Positions 26,536-35,902 of a DNA stretch of 64,000 nucleotides are shown here, piece after piece. The stretch is from Alphaproteobacteria bacterium. GTDB lineage: Bacteria; Pseudomonadota; Alphaproteobacteria; Bin95. The notes under the pieces are model-generated. The model worked only from the letters and a program-made list of their open reading frames with translations. It ran no database searches and was not told the origin of the DNA. Both the position numbers and the translations under genes were made by a program. Positions within the stretch are counted from its first letter, which is position 1. Each line of letters starts with the position of its first letter. The stretch is taken from contig CAXXWS020000004.1 in the NCBI GenBank assembly GCA_963665325.3, forward strand, positions 1-64,000, written 5' to 3'.

Positions 26536-26774
26536 GCCGGACCTCCCGCCCGACGTATCGGCATGCTCGCATAGGCGCGCGTGTCCCTGTGCTTGAACCG
26601 GGCCGCGCCGTCCCCGTCGTGGAACATGTAGAAGTAATGGCCGGCCCAGTTGCGGGCGCCCGGCTCCACCGACAGCACGCCCGCGGCAACCGCCGCGCGA
26701 AACACCGCCCCGGCATCCTTCTCGACGGTGATGCCGGACAGCACAGGTCGGCGGCGGTCACGATGCGCTTGCAT
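26532..26774 (-). CDS. Small hypothetical protein in the tra operon
   Basis: 80 aa with NWAGHYFYMFHDGDGAARFKHRDTRAY; translationally overlaps its neighbours. Confidence 0.55.
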   Translation of the reverse strand: MQAHRDRRRPVLSGITVEKDAGAVFRAAVAAGVLSVEPGARNWAGHYFYMFHDGDGAARFKHRDTRAYASMPIRRAGGPA

Positions 26775-27438
26775 CGGCCGCTCCTCGATCGCCGCTTTCC
26801 CTGCCGGGCGATTCCCGGTCGCCCGCAAGCGCCCGGAAGCGGGCGAGCCAGGCCTCGGCGGCCTTGTCCGGCATGACCGGACGGATGCGCCGCTTCAGCG
26901 GCGGGAACGCGACGCCGGCGCCCGCGGGGGCATGGTCCATGATGTCCCGGCGCTCGGTCGCGGCCGCCATGCGGGTGACGAACCGGAGGAGTTCGCCATG
27001 ATCCTCTTCCAGCACGGCATCGAGGCCGGCCGCTTCGCGCACCGCGCTCTCGATCCCTGAGGCAAGTCGCCCGGCGCGTCCTGGCCCCCCGGCTCGCGGG
27101 CCGGGACCGGCTCCCCGCGATCCGGGCTCGGCGGCGCGCTGGGAGTCGGGCCAACGCGCCCTGAGCCAGGCCGAAGGTGCGTCCGCGACCAGCGCATGGA
27201 GCGCGAGCGTCCGCCTGTCCTCGTCCGCCAGGCCGTCGAGCGCCGCGATTTCTTCCGACACGACCACCGCATGCGCCGCGACCGAGTGGTACTGCCGGCA
27301 GCAGCCGCCCCGGCGGCAGGTATTGGCCAGCACATGCGCCAGCGCCTCGAAGTCGATATCGGCCGCAGTCACGGTCTCCGGGTCGTCCGGCCAGTTCAGC
27401 GGGCGTCGGGTATCGGCATTCGCGGTTCTTGCCGTCAT
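26758..27438 (-). CDS. YfbR/YfdR-like HD-domain protein with degenerate active site
   Basis: IDFEALAHVLANTCRRGG..YHSVAAHAVVVS matches the family pattern. The expected ALLHDAxEAY reads ALVADAPSAW. Confidence 0.75.
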   Translation of the reverse strand: MTARTANADTRRPLNWPDDPETVTAADIDFEALAHVLANTCRRGGCCRQYHSVAAHAVVVSEEIAALDGLADEDRRTLALHALVADAPSAWLRARWPDSQRAAEPGSRGAGPGPRAGGPGRAGRLASGIESAVREAAGLDAVLEEDHGELLRFVTRMAAATERRDIMDHAPAGAGVAFPPLKRRIRPVMPDKAAEAWLARFRALAGDRESPGRESGDRGAADASAS

Positions 27439-30044
27439 TCGTTGCCTCCCTTCGGTTCGGCGGTTTCGGTATGTCCGGCAGCGGCAGGCGCAACGCTTCC
27501 AGCGGGACGAGCGTCGTCCGCGGAGTGTCCGTCCCCCGCGAGCCGGTCGATGGCCTCGACGGTGGAGAGCCCCTCGGCCTTGAGCGCCTCGACCGCCGCG
27601 AATGCCGGCCCGCGCGAGGAGAACAGCGCCACCGACCAGGCATCGAGCACGAGGCGGGCGACGCGCCAGCCGTCGGGGCCGTGCAGCACCAGCTCGGCAT
27701 AGCGGCCGTCGGCGGTGGTCAGGCTCTTGAGCGCGCGCTCCATGCCGGGATCGCAGTGGATGCGCTTCTCGGACTTGAGCAGCTCGACGGATTCGTCCTT
27801 CTGGGCGAGGAAGATCACCCAGTCCGAGTTCTCCCAGGCCGCCCGCGCGGCCGGGTTGGCGTAATAGTCGTTGACGCTCTGGGTGCCGGTGATGAGGGAG
27901 CCCCGGTACTTGCGCGCGCGTCTCGCGGCGCCTTCGAGGAAGGCCTTGCTGTCCTCGCCGGAGAGCAGGTCCCAGGCCTCGTCGATGACGATCGCCTTCG
28001 CCCTTGTGCGGGGGCCGTGATACATGCGCTGGGTCGCCAGGAAGACCACCAGCATCAGCACCACCGCCTGCACGTCGCCGCGGCCCTTGAGCTCGGCGAG
28101 CTCGAACACCGTCATGGCGTTGTCCAGGTCGGGGACGTTCGAGCCGGCGAAGAGCCGCCCCATGGCGCCGCCCGGGCACCAGGGGCCGAGCGCGGTCGCC
28201 ATGTCCTTCGCGCGCCGGTCGTCCCTCGATTCCAGGTTCTTGCGGACCGTGCCGAGATCGGCGTCGTTGCCGGCCTCGTCCCAGGCAGCCGCGATGGCTT
28301 CGGCGATCAGCGCCGCCTCGATGTCGTCGATCCCGCCCCGGCGCCTCGCCATCCGCCCGATCACGCCCGCGAGCATGGCGAAGCACTCCTCGCGGTAGTC
28401 GCCGTCGCGATTGGCGGTCCCGGCGTCGATCATGGCGAAGGGGTTGAGACAGGCCGGGTCCTTGCCGAAGGCGATGAAGGCGCCGCCGAGAGCCTCGGCG
28501 GTGTGCTGGAACGAGCGCCCGTCGTCGATCACTACCGCCTCGCCGCCGGCCCCGATCAGGCCGGTGACCAGCTCCTGCATCAGCACCGACTTGCCCGAGC
28601 CGGACTTCCCCGTGACGGCGGTGTTGTAGTTGCCCGCCTCGTTGGCGAAAGGCGACCAGCAGGCCGGCTGGCCACGGCGGCCTATGAGAAAGAGCGCGGG
28701 TGGGTTGTCGGGGTTCATCGGCTGTCCCCGCCACTCGCCGTGGATCGGCGCGAGATTGACCGCCGAGGCGGTCAGCAGGGTCTTCATCCGGCCCATGCGT
28801 TCGAGATCGGCGTCGAGCCCGCCGGCCGAGGCCATGGGCAGGCAGGCGAGCCAGGAGGGCAGCTGCATGTAGCGCTCGGCGTTCACCCGCCAGCCCTGGC
28901 CGTGATAGATCGCGCGCACCGCCTGCTCGGCCTCGTCCAGCGCATCGAGCGGCGCATAGACGGCGGCCATGTAGCAGGCGTGGACCAGCCGCTCGCCGTC
29001 CTTGAGCCGTTCGGTGACGGTCTGCCAGTCTCTGGCTTTCTCGGGGAGGCCGGGCAGGTAGCGGGCAATCCCGGTGCCGGCCTGCTGGGTCGCGCGGGCC
29101 GATTTGAGGAACGCCTTCTCGCCCGCCGCCTCGTCGCCTGTCATGACGGTGAGGCAGGTCAGCACCGGGCAGCCGGGTTGGAGGAAGTCGCGGTGGAAGT
29201 CGCCGATCAGCGCGTTGCCGCGCCAGCCCGGCCACACCTCGGGAAAGGCGATGGCGGAGAGCACCCGGACGGCGATGTCCTCGCCGTCGGGGTGATGGAA
29301 GGTGAGCCCCGTGGGATGGACCGTGAGTGCGCGCCCCGGGGCGATGCACTGTTCGTGGAGCGGATCGCGCGGCGCCCAGCGCCGGGGAGGGCGTTCGGTG
29401 CCGCCGTCGCGATACCCGCCGATGTCGGGCGCGGTCAGCTCGGCCGCGAGCGACAGCAGCCCGTCGGGCTCCAGCCGGCGGGTCTGCGCCCCGGCCGAGG
29501 CCAGCGTACCCTCCAGCGCCCGGCGGAACGCGCCGAGCGCGGTCTCCGCGGCCGGGCCGGGCAGGCCGGCGATACAGGCGGTGACGAGCACCCGGTAGTC
29601 CGAGAGGGTGAAGGGCGGTCCGCCCGCATGCAGACGCCGCCAGCCGCCCGGGGCGAGCAGGTTCCGGCGCCCGCTTCCCATGCGGGCGAGCGCGCCGCCG
29701 CGGTGTGCGTCGCTCCCGACGCGCGGCTCGGCCCAGGCGCGCATGGCGGCGCCGAAGCGCGGGCTCGCCCAGTGGATCACCTGGATGGTGCAGCGCTCCG
29801 GCGCGGCGTCGGCCAGCGTGCCCGAAAGCGCCCCCAGCGTCTCGGCGTCGATGCCGGCGAAGGGTGGGAGTTCCAGCACGAAGCCGACGGAGCCCGCGTT
29901 GACATAGAGCTCGCTCGACTCGTCGAAGGCGCGCCAGGGCAGCAGCGCGTGCAGCGCGGCCGGCATCGCCGGCGGCGACCACGGCCCCGGCGCCTCCGGC
30001 CCCTCGAACATCTCCAGCAGCCGTCCGAGCGCTCCGGCCGCCAT
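27435..30044 (-). CDS. traC: F-type VirB4 ATPase TraC
   Basis: Motifs NYNTAVTGKSGSGKS, VIDDGRSF, IVIDEAW and RRARKY. Confidence 0.96.
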   Translation of the reverse strand: MAAGALGRLLEMFEGPEAPGPWSPPAMPAALHALLPWRAFDESSELYVNAGSVGFVLELPPFAGIDAETLGALSGTLADAAPERCTIQVIHWASPRFGAAMRAWAEPRVGSDAHRGGALARMGSGRRNLLAPGGWRRLHAGGPPFTLSDYRVLVTACIAGLPGPAAETALGAFRRALEGTLASAGAQTRRLEPDGLLSLAAELTAPDIGGYRDGGTERPPRRWAPRDPLHEQCIAPGRALTVHPTGLTFHHPDGEDIAVRVLSAIAFPEVWPGWRGNALIGDFHRDFLQPGCPVLTCLTVMTGDEAAGEKAFLKSARATQQAGTGIARYLPGLPEKARDWQTVTERLKDGERLVHACYMAAVYAPLDALDEAEQAVRAIYHGQGWRVNAERYMQLPSWLACLPMASAGGLDADLERMGRMKTLLTASAVNLAPIHGEWRGQPMNPDNPPALFLIGRRGQPACWSPFANEAGNYNTAVTGKSGSGKSVLMQELVTGLIGAGGEAVVIDDGRSFQHTAEALGGAFIAFGKDPACLNPFAMIDAGTANRDGDYREECFAMLAGVIGRMARRRGGIDDIEAALIAEAIAAAWDEAGNDADLGTVRKNLESRDDRRAKDMATALGPWCPGGAMGRLFAGSNVPDLDNAMTVFELAELKGRGDVQAVVLMLVVFLATQRMYHGPRTRAKAIVIDEAWDLLSGEDSKAFLEGAARRARKYRGSLITGTQSVNDYYANPAARAAWENSDWVIFLAQKDESVELLKSEKRIHCDPGMERALKSLTTADGRYAELVLHGPDGWRVARLVLDAWSVALFSSRGPAFAAVEALKAEGLSTVEAIDRLAGDGHSADDARPAGSVAPAAAGHTETAEPKGGNE

Positions 30045-30616
30045 CAGCGGAGCCTCCAGCCGGCGGGCTCCAGCACGATCCGGACATGGGACGCCTCGCG
30101 ATAGACGCCGTCGCCATCGACGAAGGGCGCGATCCAGATGCGCGCCACGACCTCGCCGGTGCGCAGATCGTCGGCTTGCGCGGCGTCATGGCCGGAGGCG
30201 GGACTGGCCGGAAGAGCGGAGGCGGCGGAATCGACCCTTGCCGGTTCGGCACTACCGTCGCCGGGGCGGTCGTCGTCATCGCTGCCGTCGAGCAGCCGCG
30301 CGAGCCAGGAGAACGGATCGAAGCCGCAGTCCGCCTCGCAGGAGCGCGTCTCCATCGTCGGCAGATCGGCGCGTTTGGTTTCCATCTTTCCAGGCAGCAG
30401 CCGGATCGGCTGTCCGGTCGCCCCTGCCCGCATGGAACCCGTCTTCGGCACCGCCGGGTCGGCCGCGGCGACGCTGGCGCAGGACCCGCCCTTCGCCAGC
30501 GGGCACTGCCAGTCCTCGCCGATATGCCCCGACGAGCAGCCCGCGAGCAGCAGGGCTGCCACGGCGGCCGCCGGTATTGCCGTCATGCGCGGTGCGCGGT
30601 TTTTCCCCGCCGTCAT
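30044..30616 (-). CDS. traV: F-type lipoprotein TraV
   Basis: Lipobox LLAGC, WQCP..GSC and RIWIAPFVDGDG. Confidence 0.9.
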   Translation of the reverse strand: MTAGKNRAPRMTAIPAAAVAALLLAGCSSGHIGEDWQCPLAKGGSCASVAAADPAVPKTGSMRAGATGQPIRLLPGKMETKRADLPTMETRSCEADCGFDPFSWLARLLDGSDDDDRPGDGSAEPARVDSAASALPASPASGHDAAQADDLRTGEVVARIWIAPFVDGDGVYREASHVRIVLEPAGWRLR

Positions 30617-30617
30617 G

Positions 30618-31913
30618 TCATTTCCCTTTCTTGCTGGATTGCGGTTTCGGTGCCCGCCCGTCGATGCGGGCGCCTTCGAGGAAGACGAGCGTCACCTTCG
30701 TGCCGGCCTGGAGCTGGATCACCGGCTGGTACTGCTCGGCGCGGCGGATCATGTAGTCGGCAACCTTCTGCCCCGCCGAGGACGCCCCGGCGCCGAGACC
30801 GGCACGGCCGATGTCGCCGAGCCCGGTGTTGGCGACCGCCGCCCCGCCCGCGCCGGTCGCCACCGCCTGGGGCTGGAAGGCCTGCGCCGCGCCCTGGCCG
30901 ACGCCGGAGACCACGCCGGCGAGGAACGCCTTCTCGACCAGCGCGCCCTCGCGGCTCACCACGGGCCCGCGCACGCCGGTCTTGCCCGATCCCGCCACGA
31001 ACCCCGCCACCGGGGTCTCGACCACCGTGCCCGGACGCGGCCCGGCGCAGGTCATGGTCTGGAGCCGCGCATAGACCTTCTCGGAGGAAAGATCGCCATG
31101 GGCCGCTCCGGTGACGGTGCAGCCGTCGATATCGACCTGCATCGCCGCGCCGTCCCCCGAACCCGATGGGGCCGCGGTCCATGCGGGGCCGGTAATGCGC
31201 AGCAGCACGGGACGGGGATCGCCCTGCGACGAGATGCCGGCCGAGGCGTCGACGCCGGCCAGAACCACGGCTTGGGCATGCGCCCCCGCCGGCAGCCAGG
31301 ACCCGACCGGCTTCGCCACCGAATCTGCCACCAGTTCGGGACCGCTGCGGGAATCGTTCAATGAGGATTGCGAACTGCCGTCGAGTTCAAAGGTCTCGAT
31401 CATGCGCACGGGCGCGGCCGGCTGCGTCTGCCCGCCATTACCGGACGACGGCGTCGCGCCCGGCACCCGGAAATACCCGTCATTGCCCTGGCCGCCCTGC
31501 GGGACGGACGATGCGCCGTCCGGCTGTGCCGGCGCCTGAAGCCGGCGTTCGAGATCGGCGATCATGGCCGCCTGCCGGTCGATGACGGTGCGGGCGTCGG
31601 CCGCGTCCTTCTCCAGCCTGGCCCGGAGTTGCGCGTTCTCGTCCCGGACCGTCCGCGCCTCGCGCTCGACCGTATTGAGCCGGGTCTCGAGACCGCCGAG
31701 CCTCGCCTCGGAGCGCCTTGTCCAGACCTTCTCGGCCATGTCGGGCTCGACGATCCCGGCCTCGATGCCGCCGGGCGCGGACGGCGCCTTGCCGCCGCCG
31801 GCGCCCAACCAGAGCGCCACCGCCACCAGCACCGCCGCCGCGACGACCGAGAACAGCAGCAGCTGGCGACGGCGCACCGCGCCGGCATCCGAAGTGTCCT
31901 GCCGCGCGCTCAT
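30618..31913 (-). CDS. traB: F-type TraB (VirB10-like)
   Basis: N-terminal TM and coiled coil; GCTVTGAAHGDLSSEK; AEQYQPVI. Confidence 0.93.
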   Translation of the reverse strand: MSARQDTSDAGAVRRRQLLLFSVVAAAVLVAVALWLGAGGGKAPSAPGGIEAGIVEPDMAEKVWTRRSEARLGGLETRLNTVEREARTVRDENAQLRARLEKDAADARTVIDRQAAMIADLERRLQAPAQPDGASSVPQGGQGNDGYFRVPGATPSSGNGGQTQPAAPVRMIETFELDGSSQSSLNDSRSGPELVADSVAKPVGSWLPAGAHAQAVVLAGVDASAGISSQGDPRPVLLRITGPAWTAAPSGSGDGAAMQVDIDGCTVTGAAHGDLSSEKVYARLQTMTCAGPRPGTVVETPVAGFVAGSGKTGVRGPVVSREGALVEKAFLAGVVSGVGQGAAQAFQPQAVATGAGGAAVANTGLGDIGRAGLGAGASSAGQKVADYMIRRAEQYQPVIQLQAGTKVTLVFLEGARIDGRAPKPQSSKKGK

Positions 31914-32674
31914 CGCGGGTTCTCCATGCGGGCAGTCTCCACGACCGCCACGGCCAGCCGCCCGCCGCTCGGTCCGCTGCCGGGCGCCGCCAGCCAGAGC
32001 GCGGCGAGGCGGCCCGGAGCCAGGCTGTCCCCGATGGTCCCGGCGAGGCCCGCGGGGCCGTCGACGGAAGCAGAGGGGAGGCGGTCCGCTTCCAGCACGA
32101 GCGCCCGGAAGCGCGGGCCCCGCCAGGTCTCGATCAGGGTGAGGCCGGCAACGAACGAACCGCCGCCGGCGAGGATTTCGTAGCCGGGCAGAGGCTGGCG
32201 CCGCGCCACCGCGCGCACCAGCCTGACCAGCGCCGCCACATGGGGCGTGCCCGCGAGCGGGGAAGCGGCAGCCGCCGCATCGCTCGACAGCGCGTCGGCA
32301 TTGCGGATCAGGATCTGCGCCGCGTCGCGCCCGGAGGGCGTCAGCGTCAGCCGGTAGGTGAAGCCCTTCTCCGTGCCGAGGAACAGCGTGACCGGCGATC
32401 CGTCGGCAGGCCCTTCGTCAACGCGCCTCAGCCAGATATCTCCCGTGGCAGCGTCGTGCTCGACCGCGAAGCCGTCCGGCGCGCGCACCACCCTGGCGAT
32501 CCGGTCGCCCAGAAGCGCGATCCGGTTGACCGCCGCCGCCGAGATCTCCGCCGCGAGCTCGGCATGGTCGACCGCCTCCAGAAGCTGCATCGCGGCAGCA
32601 GGCGGGGGCAGGGCGAGCGCGCCCATGACCATGAGGAATGCCGCCGTGAGCACCCGTCGAATGTTCCGTGTCAT
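31910..32674 (-). CDS. traK: F-type TraK (VirB9-like)
   Basis: Signal peptide; EISAAAVNRIAL and VTLFLGTEKGFTY; lies between traE and traB. Confidence 0.85.
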   Translation of the reverse strand: MTRNIRRVLTAAFLMVMGALALPPPAAAMQLLEAVDHAELAAEISAAAVNRIALLGDRIARVVRAPDGFAVEHDAATGDIWLRRVDEGPADGSPVTLFLGTEKGFTYRLTLTPSGRDAAQILIRNADALSSDAAAAASPLAGTPHVAALVRLVRAVARRQPLPGYEILAGGGSFVAGLTLIETWRGPRFRALVLEADRLPSASVDGPAGLAGTIGDSLAPGRLAALWLAAPGSGPSGGRLAVAVVETARMENPR

Positions 32675-33243
32675 TCTCGATCCTCCATCTGTTCGAAGCG
32701 CAGCAGGCCGATGCGCCCGGCCTCGATGCGGAAGGCGAGCCGGTAGCGCCGGTCCTCGCGCGCGGCCTCCTCGCGGCCGATCCAGGTCACCAGCTCGCCC
32801 GCGATCTCCGCCGTAAGACGCGCCGGGTCGGCCTCGATGCTGTCGGGATAGAACGCGCTGGCCAGATCGCGCCCGGCCATGCGGGACGCCTCGGTCTCGA
32901 CCCAGGCGCCGATCGCGCCGCGGGCGGAGGCGTGGCTCATCCGCGCCGCCGCCAGCCGCACATGGGCCGCGTTCTCCGGGGTCAGGGTGAGCAGCGTCAC
33001 CGCCACCGTGCGCGCCATGTCTTCCAGATAGCGGGCGCCGGCGGGACCCATGCCCGCGCCGCCGCTGCCGAGTTCCCATGCCGGACCCGCCGTTGCCGGG
33101 AGCAGCACGGTCACGGTCTCGCGCCCGGCGAAGCCCAGGGTCAGCGTCAGGTTGGCGGTCATCGACAGGACCAGCAGCCCGGCAAGCGCCAGGCGGATGT
33201 CCCGCACCCGGCGGACGGCAAGATCGAGGTCCGGACGCCGCAT
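32671..33243 (-). CDS. traE: F-type TraE
   Basis: N-terminal TM; YLEDMARTVAVTLLTLTPEN; synteny. Confidence 0.88.
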   Translation of the reverse strand: MRRPDLDLAVRRVRDIRLALAGLLVLSMTANLTLTLGFAGRETVTVLLPATAGPAWELGSGGAGMGPAGARYLEDMARTVAVTLLTLTPENAAHVRLAAARMSHASARGAIGAWVETEASRMAGRDLASAFYPDSIEADPARLTAEIAGELVTWIGREEAAREDRRYRLAFRIEAGRIGLLRFEQMEDRE

Positions 33244-33253
33244 CCTTCCCGCC

Positions 33254-33547
33254 TCAGCCGGCGAAGCGCCGGAGATGGCTCGGCGGCGTCGCCTTGAGAC
33301 GCAGCACGAAGTCCGGCAGGAACCAGTAGAGGGCGTAGCGCGCGATGTTGGCCCCGCCGCCGCGCTTGACCCGGCGCAGCGCGAGCCAGCCGCCGATGCC
33401 CGCGACCAGCCCGGTCACGAACTGGTTGGCGGCCAATCCGAGCAGGGCCGGGCCCATCAGCGCGGCGGCCTCGTCGACGGTCCAGAACAGCCAGCGCTCC
33501 GGGTCGTCGAGACGCCGGGGGATGGTGTGGCGGGCGGTGTCGTTCAT
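33254..33547 (-). CDS. traL: F-type TraL
   Basis: Motifs IPRRLDDPERWLFWTVDE and LYWFLP. Confidence 0.93.
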   Translation of the reverse strand: MNDTARHTIPRRLDDPERWLFWTVDEAAALMGPALLGLAANQFVTGLVAGIGGWLALRRVKRGGGANIARYALYWFLPDFVLRLKATPPSHLRRFAG

Positions 33548-33558
33548 CGGACGATCCC

Positions 33559-33906
33559 TCAGACGATCGCCGTGCCGACCAGGCCGGTGACGATGCCGGT
33601 GCCGGCGCCCGCGGCGATGCCGACGCCGACCGCGCCCATCAGCTGCATGGCGTTGAAGCGCAGCACCGAGCCGACCAGCGCGGCGCCGACGGCAAGCGCC
33701 GCCGCGAGCTGCCCGCCGCTGCCGCCGACGATGTCCTGCACCGTGTCGAGCGGGGCGTCGAAGGTCGTGTCCGTGGTCGCCAGCGCGATCTCCGGTCCCG
33801 CCAGCACGGCCGCCGCGGCGAGCGCCATGACCGCGACCCCGCGCGTCGCGGCATTCGAACCGCTCATGCCGCCGCCGCCGGGAATCGAATTCGCCGCCGC
33901 GCTCAT
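33559..33906 (-). CDS. traA: Conjugative pilin
   Basis: Signal peptide followed by two hydrophobic helices; first tra gene before traL. Start may be ~33867. Confidence 0.8.
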   Translation of the reverse strand: MSAAANSIPGGGGMSGSNAATRGVAVMALAAAAVLAGPEIALATTDTTFDAPLDTVQDIVGGSGGQLAAALAVGAALVGSVLRFNAMQLMGAVGVGIAAGAGTGIVTGLVGTAIV

Positions 33907-34235
33907 CGGGACGCCCCCGGATCGTTGGTTTCGGCCTGCCTCTTCCCCCGCTTACGGCCCGCCTTCCCGGATCTCGGGCCGGGAGAGGGGGAGCCGGGGG
34001 CGTCCGGGGCCGGCAGCGCCGGGCGTTCGCCGGTGCCGTCGTCCGAGGTCGACTTGCGCCGCCGCGTCCTGGCCCATTCGTCCAGGTCCTCGCGCAGATA
34101 GCGCACCCGCCCGCCGAAGCGCAGGAACACCGGCCCCTCGCCCGACACCCGGTAGCGGTCCAGCGTGCGCGTCGACAGCCCGAGATGGAGCGCCGCCTCG
34201 CGCGTCGTCAGATAGATCGTCCCCCTGTCCGTCAT
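33903..34235 (-). CDS. Excisionase/recombination directionality factor (HTH_17, RdfS-like)
   Basis: YLTTREAALHLGLSTRTLDRYRVSGEGPVFLRFGGRVRYLREDLDEWA; strong AAGGAGG RBS; heads the tra operon. Confidence 0.88.
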   Translation of the reverse strand: MTDRGTIYLTTREAALHLGLSTRTLDRYRVSGEGPVFLRFGGRVRYLREDLDEWARTRRRKSTSDDGTGERPALPAPDAPGSPSPGPRSGKAGRKRGKRQAETNDPGASR

Positions 34236-34329
34236 CCGCTTCTCCTCCTTCTCCCGAATTCACGGCCGGCCCCGGGTCGATCCGGGGCGCATGTGCGGGC
34301 ATCGGAGCGAAGAAGGGGGATTCGGGATA

Positions 34330-34360
34330 GGGGCGATTTTCAGGCGTCGAAAAACGCCCC
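34330..34360. promoter_or_regulatory. Inverted repeat upstream of the xis-tra operon, candidate activator box
   Basis: GGGGCG-A-TTTTC-N7-GAAAA-A-CGCCCC, ~95 bp upstream of the xis start. Confidence 0.4.
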
Positions 34361-35079
34361 TCAGTTTGGCCGCCAGACGTCGCCATGCGCCGCCGGCCGG
34401 CGCCGGGCGCGAGAATTCGCGTGCGCCCGGCTGCCGGTCCTGCCGGCCGGGCAGAACCGGACCGCCCCTCCATGGAGCCGTCGGGCGGTCCGGCGCAGGG
34501 AATATCGGCGGGGGGGGCGATTCGGCCCGGACGGTTCCGTCCGGCAACCGTGGGACACCCGGCGGCGGCGATCGGGAACCGCCGGCTACATTGAGAATCG
34601 GCAGTCGATGCCCGGCGCCGGACATGACGCGACGGAAGGGTCATGCGAATTCGACGGCGCATCCCGCGGTGCGCATCCCGCCGCCCGTGCCGGCGGCGGG
34701 CGCGGACGTTCATGGCGCCGCCGTCATCCTGCCGTCCCCGGTCACCGCGCCGCGCAGCGCGCCCGCCCGCCGTCCCGGAACCGGAGCGATGTCCGCGGTG
34801 ACCCGCCCGGCGGGGACCGTAATGCGTGACGGTGACGTTCGACGGGCCCGGACGAGGCAAGACGGCAATGCATTGCCGATGACGGCCGTCAGCGGCGATC
34901 GCGTCGATCCGGGAGCGCAGGCATGCGGCAGGGAAGACGGACGGCAGGGGTCCGCCTCCCGGTCGCTTGCGATCCCGGCGGTGGCCATCTTCGCCGGCTG
35001 GCGATTCCGTCTCAAGGGCAGACGAAAACCCGACCTTGCACACCGTCACCACCGGAAGGGCGATGGCGCGGCCCGCGGA

Positions 35080-35786
35080 CTACGCCCCGGCGGCCATGTC
35101 GCGGTACCGCTTCAGGATGCGCCTTGCCGAGGCGAAGCGGCGCTTGACGCGCTCATGCATCCAGCTGCCGGTGTAGTAGTCTTCCTCGACCTTCTTCGGC
35201 TTCCAGAAGCGCAGCGCGTAGTCGCGCTGCGTGAGTCCTTCGGCCTCCATCTCCAGCGCCAGCAGAAGCTCACCGTCCCCGTCCCCCGTGCCCGCCCCGG
35301 TCGAGGGGCCGGGAACCCCGACCAGACGTCCTCGATGCGCGCCACCTCGCGCTCCAGCACGAGACGCAGCCCGCCGTCATCGGGAAACACCGTACCGGCC
35401 GGCAGACGGACCGGGACCGACACGCCCGGCCGCTCGATCCTGAGCAGCAGCGCGCCGTCGGCGAGACGCAGCCCGGAGAGCGTGGCGTCTCCCTCGGCGG
35501 CAAGCCGCACCAGCGGCGGCGTATCCCGCGTCACCCGTCCCTCGACCACGCCGGCCCGGGCCCAGAAGGGCGCGAGCGGCAGCGCCGCATGGGGATCCTC
35601 CCACGCCGCCATGCCCCAGGACATGGCGGCGAGGTCGGCCGGGGTCTGGAGCCGCACCGGGAACGGTGCGCGTTCCGGCAGCCCGGGCTGCGGCCGGCGC
35701 CGCTTCCATGCATTGCGATACGCCTTGCTCGCGCGGATGAAGCGCCAGGCGCGCAAGGCATCCCATCCGCCGACCCGCCGCGCCAC
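35080..35786 (-). CDS. FseA-like transcriptional activator (DUF6499 + DUF2285), split by a -1 frameshift near 35280
   Basis: N-terminal AWRFIRASKAY and WGMAAWEDP resemble Msi172-type motifs. The C-terminal HTH-like segment ELLLALEMEAEGLTQRDYALRFW...RVKRRFASARRILKRYRDM lies in the -1 frame, open from 35376 to 35080. Confidence 0.65.
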
Positions 35787-35902
35787 GGTCAGCCGCTCCC
35801 GGATCGGGTCCGGGACAGGCTGCCGCCGGGCGCCGCCGCCGGACCGGAGGCCGTGTCGGCCGGTCTCCGGTCCGGGGCGCAGTCATCGGCCCATGCCATG
35901 GC

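Noticed and set aside
34361-35079. ORFs between the activator and xis
   Set aside because: Low-complexity Arg/Pro/Gly translations with no clear RBS or motif; treated as intergenic.
35380-35390. TTT.C as a Mesorhizobium-type +1 slippery site in the FseA-like gene
   Set aside because: The +1 frame stops at 35270 (GGRGR*). The HTH-like segment needs the -1 frame.
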